Assembly (NCBI GenBank): GCA_038042445.1
Contig: JBBTED010000081.1
Coordinates: forward strand, 1 to 57,964
DNA length: 57,964 bases
Origin: Candidatus Firestoneibacteriota bacterium
Lineage (GTDB): Bacteria > Oederibacteriota > D2-FULL-39-29 > JBBTED01
Direction of reading: 5' to 3'
Shown here piece after piece: positions 20,337-30,188 of the stretch (positions are counted from its first letter, which is position 1; the number at the start of each line of letters is the position of its first letter). The translations under genes and the position numbers were made by a program. Under the pieces are notes generated by a model. That model was not told the origin of the DNA and ran no database searches. It saw only the letters and a list, made by a program, of their open reading frames with translations.

Positions 20337-21772
20337 CCATAAAAATTTATGGGTTTGAATTTATTATTTTGAAGTTGAAATACAAAATTTAATTCTTTCT
20401 CTAATTGTTTACACTCTTTTGTTATATCAAAGTTTTTATTTTTATGGAGATTCATAAAAAAATTATAGATGATATTTTCTATTTGTTTGTTTCCAGCTAA
20501 TGAAGACATCTTACTGTATTTGAGTTCTTTAGAAAAAATTTCATCAACATCTGGTTTTAGTACAGTTTCATCTGCTACAAAAAATCTACCAAGATTCGAA
20601 AGCCGTAACTGGCTATCAGAATTTGTCAGTGTTTTAACAAAATCAAATGCTATTTTGGGGTGTTTGGTAAATTTGCTTATACAATATACTTCTATGCTAA
20701 ATAAAGTTACTTTTTTCTTCTTTTGTGGAAGCGGTAATATACCTATTTTTTTATCTGGTGCTTTATTTTTTAGATAACATAAAAATGAACTTGTCCAAGG
20801 AAACATTGCAAACTCACCTTGTATGAATTTGTCAAACAATTCAAACATCCCCCATCTTTCATTTGGAAGGACAGGTGAAATATTAAAAATATCAATAAAA
20901 AACTTCATAGCCTCTACGCCATCTGGAGTAATTGTGCCATCTTCTGCAACAAAATTGGTATTGTTTTGCCACAAAAAAGGCAGTAAATTCACCATATATG
21001 GCAACATAGCACAGCCATATTTCCCTTTTTTAACATTTGTCAACTTTATAGTGTAATCCATAAATGTATTCCAATTCCAATTTTGTGAAGGATATTTTAT
21101 TTTCTCTTCATCAAATCGCTTTTTATTATAAAACATAACTAATGGAGAATACACTCTTGGAACACCATAGATTTTTCCATCAATTTTCATTGCATTCCAG
21201 ATTTTCGGACTAAACCTTTTTATATTGAGTTCGTTTTCTATAAATTTAGTGCTATATATATCATTTAATGGTAAAAAATCCTGGACATTATTTTTATCAA
21301 ATATTCTGGCGTATTGAACTACATCTACATCACTATAATCAACTCTATCATAAGGTAAGCCCTCTGCAGAAATAATTTTAATATTATTATATTTTTTCTG
21401 AAATTGTTCAACTACCTCATTGTGAAAAATTTTGTCGGGTGTATAATGCATTCCTAAATGCACCCTAAAAATTTTCCCCTGAACTGGAATTTTACTATTG
21501 CAAACAAAAGTCCCAAGTCCATGACGTCTTATAACTACACCTTCCTGTTCCAGCAAAGAAATTGTTTTTCGCACAGTTGTAATACTTACTTTGTATTTAT
21601 CAATCAATCCTCTTTCCCCTGGGATTTTATATCCTTTTTTTTTATCCTTAATATCTTCCAAAATAGCTTTTTTAAGTTGCATATAAAGTGGTTCTGTATC
21701 TGTGAATATTTTAGGGTTATAATGAGAATCTAATTTATTTTTTTTGAATAATTTCTTAGTGCGTGCACTCAT
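20333..21772 (-). CDS. GntR-family regulator fused to a sugar-binding-protein-like domain
   Basis: PLYMQLK...IPGERGL...VSITTVRK...RRHGLGTFV HTH; DGKIYGVP, FYNKKRFD, WNWNTF family-1 SBP motifs; start likely 21772. Confidence 0.85.
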   Translation of the reverse strand: MSARTKKLFKKNKLDSHYNPKIFTDTEPLYMQLKKAILEDIKDKKKGYKIPGERGLIDKYKVSITTVRKTISLLEQEGVVIRRHGLGTFVCNSKIPVQGKIFRVHLGMHYTPDKIFHNEVVEQFQKKYNNIKIISAEGLPYDRVDYSDVDVVQYARIFDKNNVQDFLPLNDIYSTKFIENELNIKRFSPKIWNAMKIDGKIYGVPRVYSPLVMFYNKKRFDEEKIKYPSQNWNWNTFMDYTIKLTNVKKGKYGCAMLPYMVNLLPFLWQNNTNFVAEDGTITPDGVEAMKFFIDIFNISPVLPNERWGMFELFDKFIQGEFAMFPWTSSFLCYLKNKAPDKKIGILPLPQKKKKVTLFSIEVYCISKFTKHPKIAFDFVKTLTNSDSQLRLSNLGRFFVADETVLKPDVDEIFSKELKYSKMSSLAGNKQIENIIYNFFMNLHKNKNFDITKECKQLEKELNFVFQLQNNKFKPINFYG

Positions 21773-21778
21773 AACCAT

Positions 21779-21807
21779 AATATACTACAAAACATTAAAA
21801 ATGTCAA
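21779..21807 (-). promoter_or_regulatory. Sigma70-type promoter, probably leaderless
   Basis: TTGACA, 17 nt, TATATT, 6 nt, ATG(21772). Confidence 0.65.
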
Positions 21808-21899
21808 GTTTTTTCGTAAGGTGGATTTTGGATTTATTTATAGGCTAACGTATTAGTGCAACAATTTAGTAGTTGTAAGTCATTGATAAACATATGAAT

Positions 21900-21989
21900 T
21901 GTCATTCCTGCGACAGCAGGAATCCAGTGTCTTTAAAATATTTGTAAAACAAGACTCTGGATTCCCGCTTAATACATGCGGGAATGACA
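21900..21989. repeat. REPIN-like element, family C
   Basis: TGTCATTCCTGCGACAGCAGGAATCCAG...CTGGATTCCCGC...GCGGGAATGACA. Confidence 0.85.
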
Positions 21990-22022
21990 TGCATTCTTTT
22001 ACCATCACTGAATTATTACGTA

Positions 22023-22958
22023 TTATTTTAGAACTTCTAATACGGCTTTTTGGATAAAAGGTGAAGTCAAACCAAATTCCTGCAGAAGTTCTGCTGGTTT
22101 GCCTGATTCTCCAAATCTGTCTTGTGTACCAACTAACCGCATCTTCACAGGTTTGTTCTGCACTACAACTTCTGCTACTGCACTGCCAAACCCACCCATT
22201 ACAGTATGCTCTTCCACTGTAACTATACCTTTTGTTTCTTCACAAGCTTTAATTATTGCTTCTTTATCTATAGGTTTAACACTATACATATTTATTATCC
22301 GAACACTTATATTTTTCTTTGCAAGTTCATCTGCAGCTAACATTGCTTCATAAAGCATAAGAGAACCAATACCGATAATTGTAACATCTTTGCCTTCTCT
22401 TAAAACAGTTGATTTGCCAATTACAAATGGAGTAGAAGCAGATGTTATAACCGGTACTTTTTCTCTTCCGAATCTTATAGCAACAGGACCTACATATTCT
22501 ACGATAGCAGCCATACATTTTTCCATTTCAACAGCATCTGCCGGTACTAAAACTGTCATATTCGGCAAACATCTTAACAAAGATATATCTTCAAGTGCCT
22601 GATGAGTAGCACCATCTGGTCCTACAGAAACTCCACCATGAGCAACAGCTATTTTGACATTTAAATTAGCATAGCATATTGAAATTCGAACCTGATCCCA
22701 GCATCTTCCTGGAAGAAACACACCATAAGTTGCTATAAATGGTATTTTGCCAGCAAGTGCCAAACCTGCTGCTGTTGCAGTCATATCTTGTTCTGCTATC
22801 CCCATATCAAAAAATCTTTCTTGGAATTCCTTTGCAAACTTCCACGTCATTGTAGACTTAGATAAATCAGCATCCATTACTACTATATTATTATTTGTTT
22901 TTCCAAGTTTAACTAACATATCTCCAAAAGCTTCTCTTGCTAATCTCATTTCCATCAT
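22023..22958 (-). CDS. Transketolase C-terminal subunit (split type)
   Basis: ADLSKST, GIAEQ, GPDGATHQALED, TVEEH. Confidence 0.93.
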   Translation of the reverse strand: MMEMRLAREAFGDMLVKLGKTNNNIVVMDADLSKSTMTWKFAKEFQERFFDMGIAEQDMTATAAGLALAGKIPFIATYGVFLPGRCWDQVRISICYANLNVKIAVAHGGVSVGPDGATHQALEDISLLRCLPNMTVLVPADAVEMEKCMAAIVEYVGPVAIRFGREKVPVITSASTPFVIGKSTVLREGKDVTIIGIGSLMLYEAMLAADELAKKNISVRIINMYSVKPIDKEAIIKACEETKGIVTVEEHTVMGGFGSAVAEVVVQNKPVKMRLVGTQDRFGESGKPAELLQEFGLTSPFIQKAVLEVLK

Positions 22959-22990
22959 AATTTTTCTCCTTTAAAAAATATTTTATTTTT

Positions 22991-23074
22991 GGTAGCCGCA
23001 GGCTTTAGCCTGCGTTTTCTACAAGCGGACTCCTGTAGCTACCATTTCTGCGCAGGCTAAAGCCTGCGACTACC
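22991..23074. repeat. GTAG REP doublet, family A
   Basis: GGTAGCCGCAGGCTTTAGCCTGCG...CGCAGGCTAAAGCCTGCGACTACC. Confidence 0.9.
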
Positions 23075-23078
23075 TTCT

Positions 23079-23912
23079 TTAAGAAAGGACAACTTCAAGT
23101 TCCTTTAATGCAAGTTCAGTTTGTTCTTTTGTAGGTACTACTCCATGCCATTCAGGTTTATTCTCCATAAAAGATACGCCTTTACCTTTTATAGTATGTG
23201 CAATAAGAATAGACGGTTTACCTTTTGTTTCTCTTGCTTTTTTAAATGCATCTATAAGTTCTGGAATTGAATGGCCATTTACTTCTATTGCATTCCAATT
23301 AAATGCACGCCATTTATCTGCTAATGGTGCAATACCTTTTACTTTTTCAACATGTCCGTCTATCTGCAACTGATTATAATCAATTATAGCACAAATATTA
23401 TCTAATTTATAATGTGCAGCAGCCATTGCAGCTTCCCATACAGAACCTTCCTGAACCTCTCCACAACCCATAAGACAATATGCTCTATACGACTTTTGGT
23501 CAAGTTTAGATGCAAGAGCTAATCCATTTGCCACAGACAAACCCTGTCCCAAAGAACCAGAAGACATATCTATTCCAGGTGTTTTTAATCTATGTGGATG
23601 TCCTTGAAGCCTGCTTCCTAATTTTCTAAGTGTTTTTAATTCTTCTACAGGAAAATATCCGGATTCTGCAAGTGCTGCATATAAAACAGGACAAGCATGA
23701 CCTTTAGAAAGTATAAATCTATCTCTATCTTGCCATTGTGGATTTTCCGGTTTATGATTCATCTCAAAAAAATAAAGGACTGTCATTATTTCTGTTGAAG
23801 AAAGAGACCCACCAGGATGCCCTGAACCTGCTTCTGTAAGCATAGCTAAAATATCTCTTCTTATTTTTTTTGCCATTTGTTCCAATTTTTTCAAATCAAA
23901 TTCTTTTGCCAT
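23079..23912 (-). CDS. Transketolase N-terminal subunit (split type)
   Basis: SGHPGGSLS, DRFILSKGH, LQGHP, GSLGQG, GCGEVQEG TPP region. Confidence 0.93.
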   Translation of the reverse strand: MAKEFDLKKLEQMAKKIRRDILAMLTEAGSGHPGGSLSSTEIMTVLYFFEMNHKPENPQWQDRDRFILSKGHACPVLYAALAESGYFPVEELKTLRKLGSRLQGHPHRLKTPGIDMSSGSLGQGLSVANGLALASKLDQKSYRAYCLMGCGEVQEGSVWEAAMAAAHYKLDNICAIIDYNQLQIDGHVEKVKGIAPLADKWRAFNWNAIEVNGHSIPELIDAFKKARETKGKPSILIAHTIKGKGVSFMENKPEWHGVVPTKEQTELALKELEVVLS

Positions 23913-23938
23913 TTGTTTCCCCCTTTAAATTCAATAGT

Positions 23939-24013
23939 GGTAGTCGCAAGCTTTAGCTTGCGGTCTTTTCTGGTTTTTAGCTTTTTCCCCGCAGGCTAAA
24001 GCCTGCGACTACC
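23939..24013. repeat. GTAG REP doublet, family A
   Basis: Same arms; left stem variant CAAGC/GCTTG (compensatory). Confidence 0.9.
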
Positions 24014-24074
24014 TTTACGTAATAATTTCTTCCAAATAAATAATAAATTAACAGTCTATGGTCTATTGTCTAAA

Positions 24075-25001
24075 TTATACTCTTGCCCATGCTTCCTGCC
24101 ATGTTCGTTTGGTATTTGCAATAACCACTTTTGCAGATTCATCAGTCAATGGTCTAACCTCAAAACTTATTATTGGAGGATTTTCCATTGCTTTATTTTT
24201 CAAAAAACCTATTTCAAAAAGTAATTTTATAAATTCAGCAAGTTCCTTAACTGAATTTTCTCCTCCAACAATTCCAAATCTTGGATGACAATCTCCATAA
24301 GCAGGATGTGTCCTATCTTTAAGTATACAATTACCTACATGAATATGGTAAAGATGTTTTTTAACAGTTTCAAGTGTATACTTAGATTTTTCATTTAGAA
24401 GTGGAAGATGCGACAAATCAACTGTCAAACCGAAATTTTTATATTTTTTCTTAACAACATCAGCAATTTCAACTGCAAAAGAAGTAGGACCTACCAAACA
24501 TTTCTTGTCTATTTTATCATCAAATGTTTCAAGAGAAACAGCAAGATTAGAATTTTTGGTTTGAGCGTATTGGCATATCTCATTTAATGATTCAATAAGC
24601 AATTTTTTTGCAATATTTTTTTTATCTTCACTAACTGCAGACCCACTTAATATTATCACTGCTTTTGCATTTAAAAAATTCGCGGCATCTATTGACTGCT
24701 TGACATCAGCAACTGCCTTTTCTCTTTCCTCTTTTACTTCACTATTTAAATTGAGTTTACCTACTAAAAGTGGAGGCTGACCTGCAATAATAACATCTAT
24801 ATTTGCAGATTCTAAAAGTTTCTTCATTTGCTCTAACACATTTTGGTCATTAGGACGCCTCACTTCTACAGCACTAAAAAAATCATCTTCAACAATAGAG
24901 CTAAGTGTTTCAAGTATAGGACCATCGCCTTTAAGAACTTGAGGATATATCATAGGATGAATTATCCCAAGCCTTACCTTGCCATACCAGGATTCTTTCA
25001 T
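24075..25001 (-). CDS. Sugar phosphate isomerase/epimerase (xylose-isomerase-like TIM barrel)
   Basis: LET, VDLSH, HIHVGN, HPRFG, SFEV metal-binding residues. Confidence 0.8.
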   Translation of the reverse strand: MKESWYGKVRLGIIHPMIYPQVLKGDGPILETLSSIVEDDFFSAVEVRRPNDQNVLEQMKKLLESANIDVIIAGQPPLLVGKLNLNSEVKEEREKAVADVKQSIDAANFLNAKAVIILSGSAVSEDKKNIAKKLLIESLNEICQYAQTKNSNLAVSLETFDDKIDKKCLVGPTSFAVEIADVVKKKYKNFGLTVDLSHLPLLNEKSKYTLETVKKHLYHIHVGNCILKDRTHPAYGDCHPRFGIVGGENSVKELAEFIKLLFEIGFLKNKAMENPPIISFEVRPLTDESAKVVIANTKRTWQEAWARV

Positions 25002-25061
25002 AACAACTCCTTTCTTTTAAATTATATAATTTTTATAAGTTAAGTTAAAGCAAAATTTACT

Positions 25062-25418
25062 TCATTTTTCAAATAACATTTTTATTCCTATTATTATAAA
25101 AAATATAGCGAAAATTCTTTTTAAACTAATATCAGATATTTGATTAGTTAAAACTGCACCTATATAGGCACCGCCAATTGCACCAACTGAAACTGGAATA
25201 GCCTTTAACCAATCTACATTACCAAGCTGATAATGTTTCATAGAGCCGATAAATACCGTAGGCAATATACATATTAATGAAGTCCCTATTGCCTGGTGAA
25301 ATGACATTCCCAAAAAACTAAGAAACGGTACAAGAATAACCCCTCCACCCACCCCTAAAAGCCCGCTCAAAATACCTGCTACAAATCCGCCTACTATCAA
25401 AATCATATTGATTCCCAT
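25062..25418 (-). CDS. TauE/SafE (TSUP) family exporter, half-length
   Basis: GLLGVGGGVILVP, AIGTSL; four hydrophobic segments. Confidence 0.8.
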   Translation of the reverse strand: MGINMILIVGGFVAGILSGLLGVGGGVILVPFLSFLGMSFHQAIGTSLICILPTVFIGSMKHYQLGNVDWLKAIPVSVGAIGGAYIGAVLTNQISDISLKRIFAIFFIIIGIKMLFEK

Positions 25419-25420
25419 TT

Positions 25421-26725
25421 TTAACCCTCCAGCATAATTTGAAACCCATTTATAATAACAGTTTTAATTTTGCAAATATATTTTTTGTCTTTTTTGATAT
25501 TCATTATCACAATATCGGCAGATTTATCTGGTTCTATACTTCCTATGGATTTATCAAATCCATAAACTTGTGCCGGGTAACACGATAAAAGTTTGCTTGC
25601 CTCAATAATTGCTTTATCAAAACTTAAATCTTTATCAAACAAATTTCCAACCAGATAACCCCATTGGTTACTGATAAAAAGATTGAGAAAATTTTCAAAT
25701 GCTTTGTCCATAGTCAGACAGCTTCCAAATAAAGTATTAGATGAATCTTTTACTTTAAGTACTCCATTATTGACAATACCAGTTTTACTTCCCATTTTAA
25801 ATTCTTTAATTTTTTCCAAAAAACCTACAACAAACATTGCATCAGTAATTCCAATAATATTAAATCTAAAATTCTTTATGAAACTTACAAGCCATCTTGG
25901 ATGGATATGACAATAATCACATATCAATTCTGCCCATACTTTATCTTGTAAATAAAAAAGTGCGTCTATTACTCCTCCGCCTTTAAAATTTTGGCTCATA
26001 GGTCCATTACCACAATGCACCACCACTTTAGTTCCCAAATCATAAGCCTTCATAACTTCATCATAAGTAGCACCACTATGTCCTACACAAGACACTATTT
26101 TATTTTTAGTTAAATATTTTATCAGGTCATACCCTGCTTTTCCCCATTCAGGAGCAACTAAAACTTTTTTTATTGTATTATTGGACAATATTGTAAGTTT
26201 ATTAAAATATTTTATATCTGGCTTTTTAAAAAACTCCGGGCTTTGTGCACCGGCATATTTAGGATTTTTCAAAAATACACCTTCTAAATCCAGTCCTAAA
26301 AGTTTGGTGGAACCCGGAATATGTTTTTTTGTATAGTCCCCACCATATTTCGTAAAATTGTGCATATTCATTTCTGGCATTGCACTTGCTGTCAAAAACA
26401 TAGAAGTTGTCCCGAAACCCGCATGAATTTTTAAAGCATCGAAAATACCGCTTTCATAATCATTCTCTTTTGCAGAGAATTTTTTGTTTTTTAAGATATA
26501 TTTGCCAGAAGATGTATCAAACAAACCACCGCCATGGCAATGTGTATCAAAAAATCCGGGTAAAACATAATTATTTTTTGCATCTATTACTTTATCTGCT
26601 TTGACTCTGCTACGGGAATTAGAATTTTGAATTTCTTTTATATGCTCATCTTCTATAATCAATACAGCATTATGCTTTATCCCATAAGGAGTGCAGATAT
26701 TCCCATTTATTATCGCAGTTTTCAT
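25421..26725 (-). CDS. NagA-like N-acetylhexosamine-phosphate deacetylase (divergent)
   Basis: PGFFDTHCHG, LEG, APE, GHS, ITDAM, GSCLTMD, GSIEPDKSAD. Confidence 0.75.
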   Translation of the reverse strand: MKTAIINGNICTPYGIKHNAVLIIEDEHIKEIQNSNSRSRVKADKVIDAKNNYVLPGFFDTHCHGGGLFDTSSGKYILKNKKFSAKENDYESGIFDALKIHAGFGTTSMFLTASAMPEMNMHNFTKYGGDYTKKHIPGSTKLLGLDLEGVFLKNPKYAGAQSPEFFKKPDIKYFNKLTILSNNTIKKVLVAPEWGKAGYDLIKYLTKNKIVSCVGHSGATYDEVMKAYDLGTKVVVHCGNGPMSQNFKGGGVIDALFYLQDKVWAELICDYCHIHPRWLVSFIKNFRFNIIGITDAMFVVGFLEKIKEFKMGSKTGIVNNGVLKVKDSSNTLFGSCLTMDKAFENFLNLFISNQWGYLVGNLFDKDLSFDKAIIEASKLLSCYPAQVYGFDKSIGSIEPDKSADIVIMNIKKDKKYICKIKTVIINGFQIMLEG

Positions 26726-26747
26726 ATTTTTTTGACTACGAACGCGT

Positions 26748-26881
26748 TGTCATGCCCGAGTGTATTAATCGGGCATCCAGAGTCTTGTTTTATCAATATT
26801 TTAAAGACACTGGATTCCCGCTTACTACTGCGGGAATGACAAACTGATTTTATTAGATCCCGAAACAAGTTCGGGATGACA
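26748..26881. repeat. Family C REPIN (26748-26841) followed by a family D half element (26855-26881)
   Basis: Inverted arms; spacer is the near reverse complement of the spacer in 21900-21989. Confidence 0.85.
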
Positions 26882-26919
26882 CATGTTTGCTTTTTTTTAC
26901 CAAACCTTAATTTTTTAAC

Positions 26920-27669
26920 CTATGTTTTCTGCTTCTTTTTTAACAGCATTGCTGAATTTTTATCTAAATACAAATAGATATTTTTATGTTTTCTTAATAT
27001 GGAAGCTGGAAATTTTGGAGAAACTTTTCCTTTTAAACAATTCTTAACTGCCTCTGCCTTTCTCTTGTCCGGAACAACACATATTATATTTTTTGATTTC
27101 ATTATTTGTTTTACTGACATACTTATTGCCTTTTTAGGTACATCTTCAAGTGTCTTAAACCAACCTTCACCCAATTGCTGTTTTTGACATTGTACATCAA
27201 GTTTTGCAATAATATAAGGTTTTTTTGTTTTAAAATCTGCAGGTGGGTCATTAAAAGCCAAATGTCCATTCTCGCCTATACCTACAAATGCCACATCCAC
27301 TTTATATTTAGAAATGATTTTATTCAGTTTTTTACACTCCACCTCAGGACGAAAAGTATTTCCATTGATTAAATACACTTTTTTTGGATGAACTTTATTA
27401 ATTAACCTCTCTTTTAAATATTTCCTAAAACTTGCAGGATGCGTTTCAGAAACACCTATATATTCATCTAAATGAAACATAGTTGTTTTAGACCAATCAA
27501 TACTTGCCTTTTTAGTCAGTGCATTTAAAAAATCAAATTGGGACATACCTGTAGCTGCAATAAAAACTGCTTTATTTTTGACTTTAATTGCTTTTTGTAA
27601 AATCTCGCAAGCTTTGTCTGCAGCTGCTTTTCCCAATTCTTTTTTTGTGTTAAATATTTTTATTTTCAT
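26920..27669 (-). CDS. nagB: Glucosamine-6-phosphate deaminase family
   Basis: ATG.S, FHLDEY, HPASFR, GIGENGHLAFNDP, PASIL. Confidence 0.85.
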   Translation of the reverse strand: MKIKIFNTKKELGKAAADKACEILQKAIKVKNKAVFIAATGMSQFDFLNALTKKASIDWSKTTMFHLDEYIGVSETHPASFRKYLKERLINKVHPKKVYLINGNTFRPEVECKKLNKIISKYKVDVAFVGIGENGHLAFNDPPADFKTKKPYIIAKLDVQCQKQQLGEGWFKTLEDVPKKAISMSVKQIMKSKNIICVVPDKRKAEAVKNCLKGKVSPKFPASILRKHKNIYLYLDKNSAMLLKKKQKT

Positions 27670-27686
27670 TTTCGCTCCTATAAAAA

Positions 27687-28904
27687 TTAAACTAATTTAG
27701 GTATAAATATTTTTTCCAATCGCGCATATTTGGGAAGTGGTTCTCCAATAAGAGGTTTTGCATAATTCAAAAATGCCTCAGATACAAAATTACCTTCTGA
27801 ATTAATAAATTCTTTTGGAACTTTTTTCTCTTTATTTGCCACGTCTTCAAGTTTTGCTAAAGAAGTTGTACATTTATATATTGCACCCGCTTCTCTTTTT
27901 AGTATCACCATATAATCTGTCTTTCCTGATATTGCTTCCTGAACTGCAACACTGCCAACTTCATAAGCCTCTCTTGCATCAACTTTTGAAACACAAACCT
28001 GTGATACTCTTTGTATTGTTGCAGGTTTATCACAACGTGCTTTTATTTTTAAGTTTGATGCTATTGTCCCTACAAGAAATTCTCCCACTCCACCTAATTG
28101 TTTGTGCCCAAATTTATCTGTATCTATATCACGTTTTGAAGAAGTTACGTATTCACCATTTTCATCCTTTAAACCCTCACAACAGGTTATTACCAAGTAT
28201 CCAAGTTTTTTATATACACGTTCAACATCTGCAAGAAATTTTTCTTTATTCCATGGAACTTCCGGTAAATAAATTAAATGTGGAGCGGCATCTTCATATT
28301 CTTTTGCCAATCCAGTAGAAGCTGTTATCCATCCTGCATTACGACCCATTGTCTCAATAACTTTTATTGTATCACTGGTATAAATTGCCTCAGTATCCAA
28401 ACCCGCATCTCTGACTGCTATAGCAAGCCATCTTGAAACAGAACCATATCCAGGACAATGGTCAGTTACAGGCAAATCATTATCCACTGTTTTTGGTATA
28501 CCCATTACCCGCATTTCATATTTTTTTTCAATAGCCATTTTAGAAATCTTCATTGCAGTATCCATTGAATCATTTCCACCAGCTACAAAAAAATATCGTA
28601 TATTATGCACTTTTAAAACTTCTAAAATTCTGTCATAATCTTCCGGCTTTAATTTGTATCTACAGGAACCAAGTGCAGAAGACGGAGTCACTTTCAAAAG
28701 CTCTATATTTACTGGGTCTTCTTTGCGTATATCAACTAAATTTTCTTTTAGCACCCCAAGTATTCCATTTATTGCTCCATAAATTTCTTTAATTTCGCTA
28801 TACTTCATTGCTTCCTGTATAGCACCACACACACTACTATTTATAACTGCTGTTGGTCCACCAGATTGAGCAATTATCATATTACCTGTTAATTTGCTTG
28901 TCAT
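27687..28904 (-). CDS. 6-phosphofructokinase, probably PPi-dependent
   Basis: QSGGPTAVIN, GGNDSMDT, PKTVDND, ETMGR; Asp in GGND and Lys in PKT are the PPi-type residues; start likely 28904. Confidence 0.88.
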   Translation of the reverse strand: MTSKLTGNMIIAQSGGPTAVINSSVCGAIQEAMKYSEIKEIYGAINGILGVLKENLVDIRKEDPVNIELLKVTPSSALGSCRYKLKPEDYDRILEVLKVHNIRYFFVAGGNDSMDTAMKISKMAIEKKYEMRVMGIPKTVDNDLPVTDHCPGYGSVSRWLAIAVRDAGLDTEAIYTSDTIKVIETMGRNAGWITASTGLAKEYEDAAPHLIYLPEVPWNKEKFLADVERVYKKLGYLVITCCEGLKDENGEYVTSSKRDIDTDKFGHKQLGGVGEFLVGTIASNLKIKARCDKPATIQRVSQVCVSKVDAREAYEVGSVAVQEAISGKTDYMVILKREAGAIYKCTTSLAKLEDVANKEKKVPKEFINSEGNFVSEAFLNYAKPLIGEPLPKYARLEKIFIPKLV

Positions 28905-28927
28905 ATTTCCTCTCCTCTTGCTCATTT

Positions 28928-28986
28928 TGTCATGCTGAACTTATTTCAGCATCTCTTTCAGACCCTGAAACAAGTTCAGGGTGACA
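28928..28986. repeat. REPIN-like element, family D
   Basis: TGTCATGCTGAACTTATTTCAGCATCT...AGACCCTGAAACAAGTTCAGGGTGACA. Confidence 0.85.
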
Positions 28987-29003
28987 ATACTCTTATCTAA
29001 TTA

Positions 29004-30047
29004 CTACTTAATATATTTAGCAAGCACGTCTATTCCTTTGCCACGATTCTTCATTAAAAATTCTACTGCAGAATCATAAGATAATCCACTGTGAACTATA
29101 TTGTTGACAGCTAATGCAACTGTAGCAGGATCATCTTTTCCTGGATATAAAATATTTCTTCCAACTAAAGCACCACGGACATTTTTCCCGGCTTTTAGTC
29201 CATTTATAAATTCCATCATTGTGCCTGTTGGGTCACCTTTTGATTCTCCACCCAAAAGTAATATCGGACAGGTTGTTGCTTTTGCAACCGTTTCAAAATT
29301 TTCAGCATAAGGGATTTTAAGCCATGTATTTCGCGAGGAATCACCAAGTGCAGATGCAACCCCAATCACTTTCACTAATTCATTTGTAGTTTTTACAACT
29401 TTATATCCCTCTTTTGAAACATAAAGCGGCTCTATGAATGAAGGAATTTCATATTTATTTAATTCAGTGACAACATTTGCCATATAAAGAAGTGTCTTGG
29501 CAGAATCATAATTTCCGGGTTCTAATCTCACCATTACTTTTGCTCCATCAAGCCCTAATTTTCTTATGCTATCAACTGTCCAGCAGGTCATAGTATCGTC
29601 CATTTCAAAAATCGCACCTGCAAGCCCACCACGATTCATTGACCCAAGAATAACTTTTTCATCCAGAAAACTTGGACCACCTGCTTTTTTTACAAGATAA
29701 TTTACGATAAATAAATCTTCTATAATATCCGTAGTTCCCATTACTCCATCTACAGATTCTCCTGCTGTAATGACTCTTAAAACCCTGCCTAAATATTCCT
29801 GCCGATTTCCCATTGCTATTGGCTCATCACCTGATTTTGTAACCATTCTCGCTGGATGATCAGCCGCAAGAATTGTAAGCTTGCCATCTTTAGTTAATGT
29901 TTTTCTTTTTTTGCGGCTCTCTGCTTCCTTCAGTATTATCTGAGGATTATTAACCCTTATATCTGTGATTTTCTCAAATATATTATCCGGAAAAAATTCT
30001 TTTAACTTAAATTCATAATTTCCTAATTCATATTTTACACTTGCCAT
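29004..30047 (-). CDS. Class I aldolase-like TIM barrel (Cgl0159/DeoC-LacD type)
   Basis: ILAADHPAR, GSMNRGGLAG, WLKIPY Schiff-base Lys, LLLGG, LVGRN. Confidence 0.75.
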   Translation of the reverse strand: MASVKYELGNYEFKLKEFFPDNIFEKITDIRVNNPQIILKEAESRKKRKTLTKDGKLTILAADHPARMVTKSGDEPIAMGNRQEYLGRVLRVITAGESVDGVMGTTDIIEDLFIVNYLVKKAGGPSFLDEKVILGSMNRGGLAGAIFEMDDTMTCWTVDSIRKLGLDGAKVMVRLEPGNYDSAKTLLYMANVVTELNKYEIPSFIEPLYVSKEGYKVVKTTNELVKVIGVASALGDSSRNTWLKIPYAENFETVAKATTCPILLLGGESKGDPTGTMMEFINGLKAGKNVRGALVGRNILYPGKDDPATVALAVNNIVHSGLSYDSAVEFLMKNRGKGIDVLAKYIK

Positions 30048-30101
30048 TTATTTCCTCCTTTTATATATTCCCATATTGTGAAAAGTTTTTAATGCTTTGT
30101 T

Positions 30102-30180
30102 GGTAGTCGCAGGCTTTAGCCTGCGTTCTTTCATAGTAACCAAAATACATTTTTTTCGCAGGCTAAAGCCTGCGGCTACC
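30102..30180. repeat. GTAG REP doublet, family A
   Basis: Arms match 22991-23074. Confidence 0.9.
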
Positions 30181-30188
30181 TATTTTCT

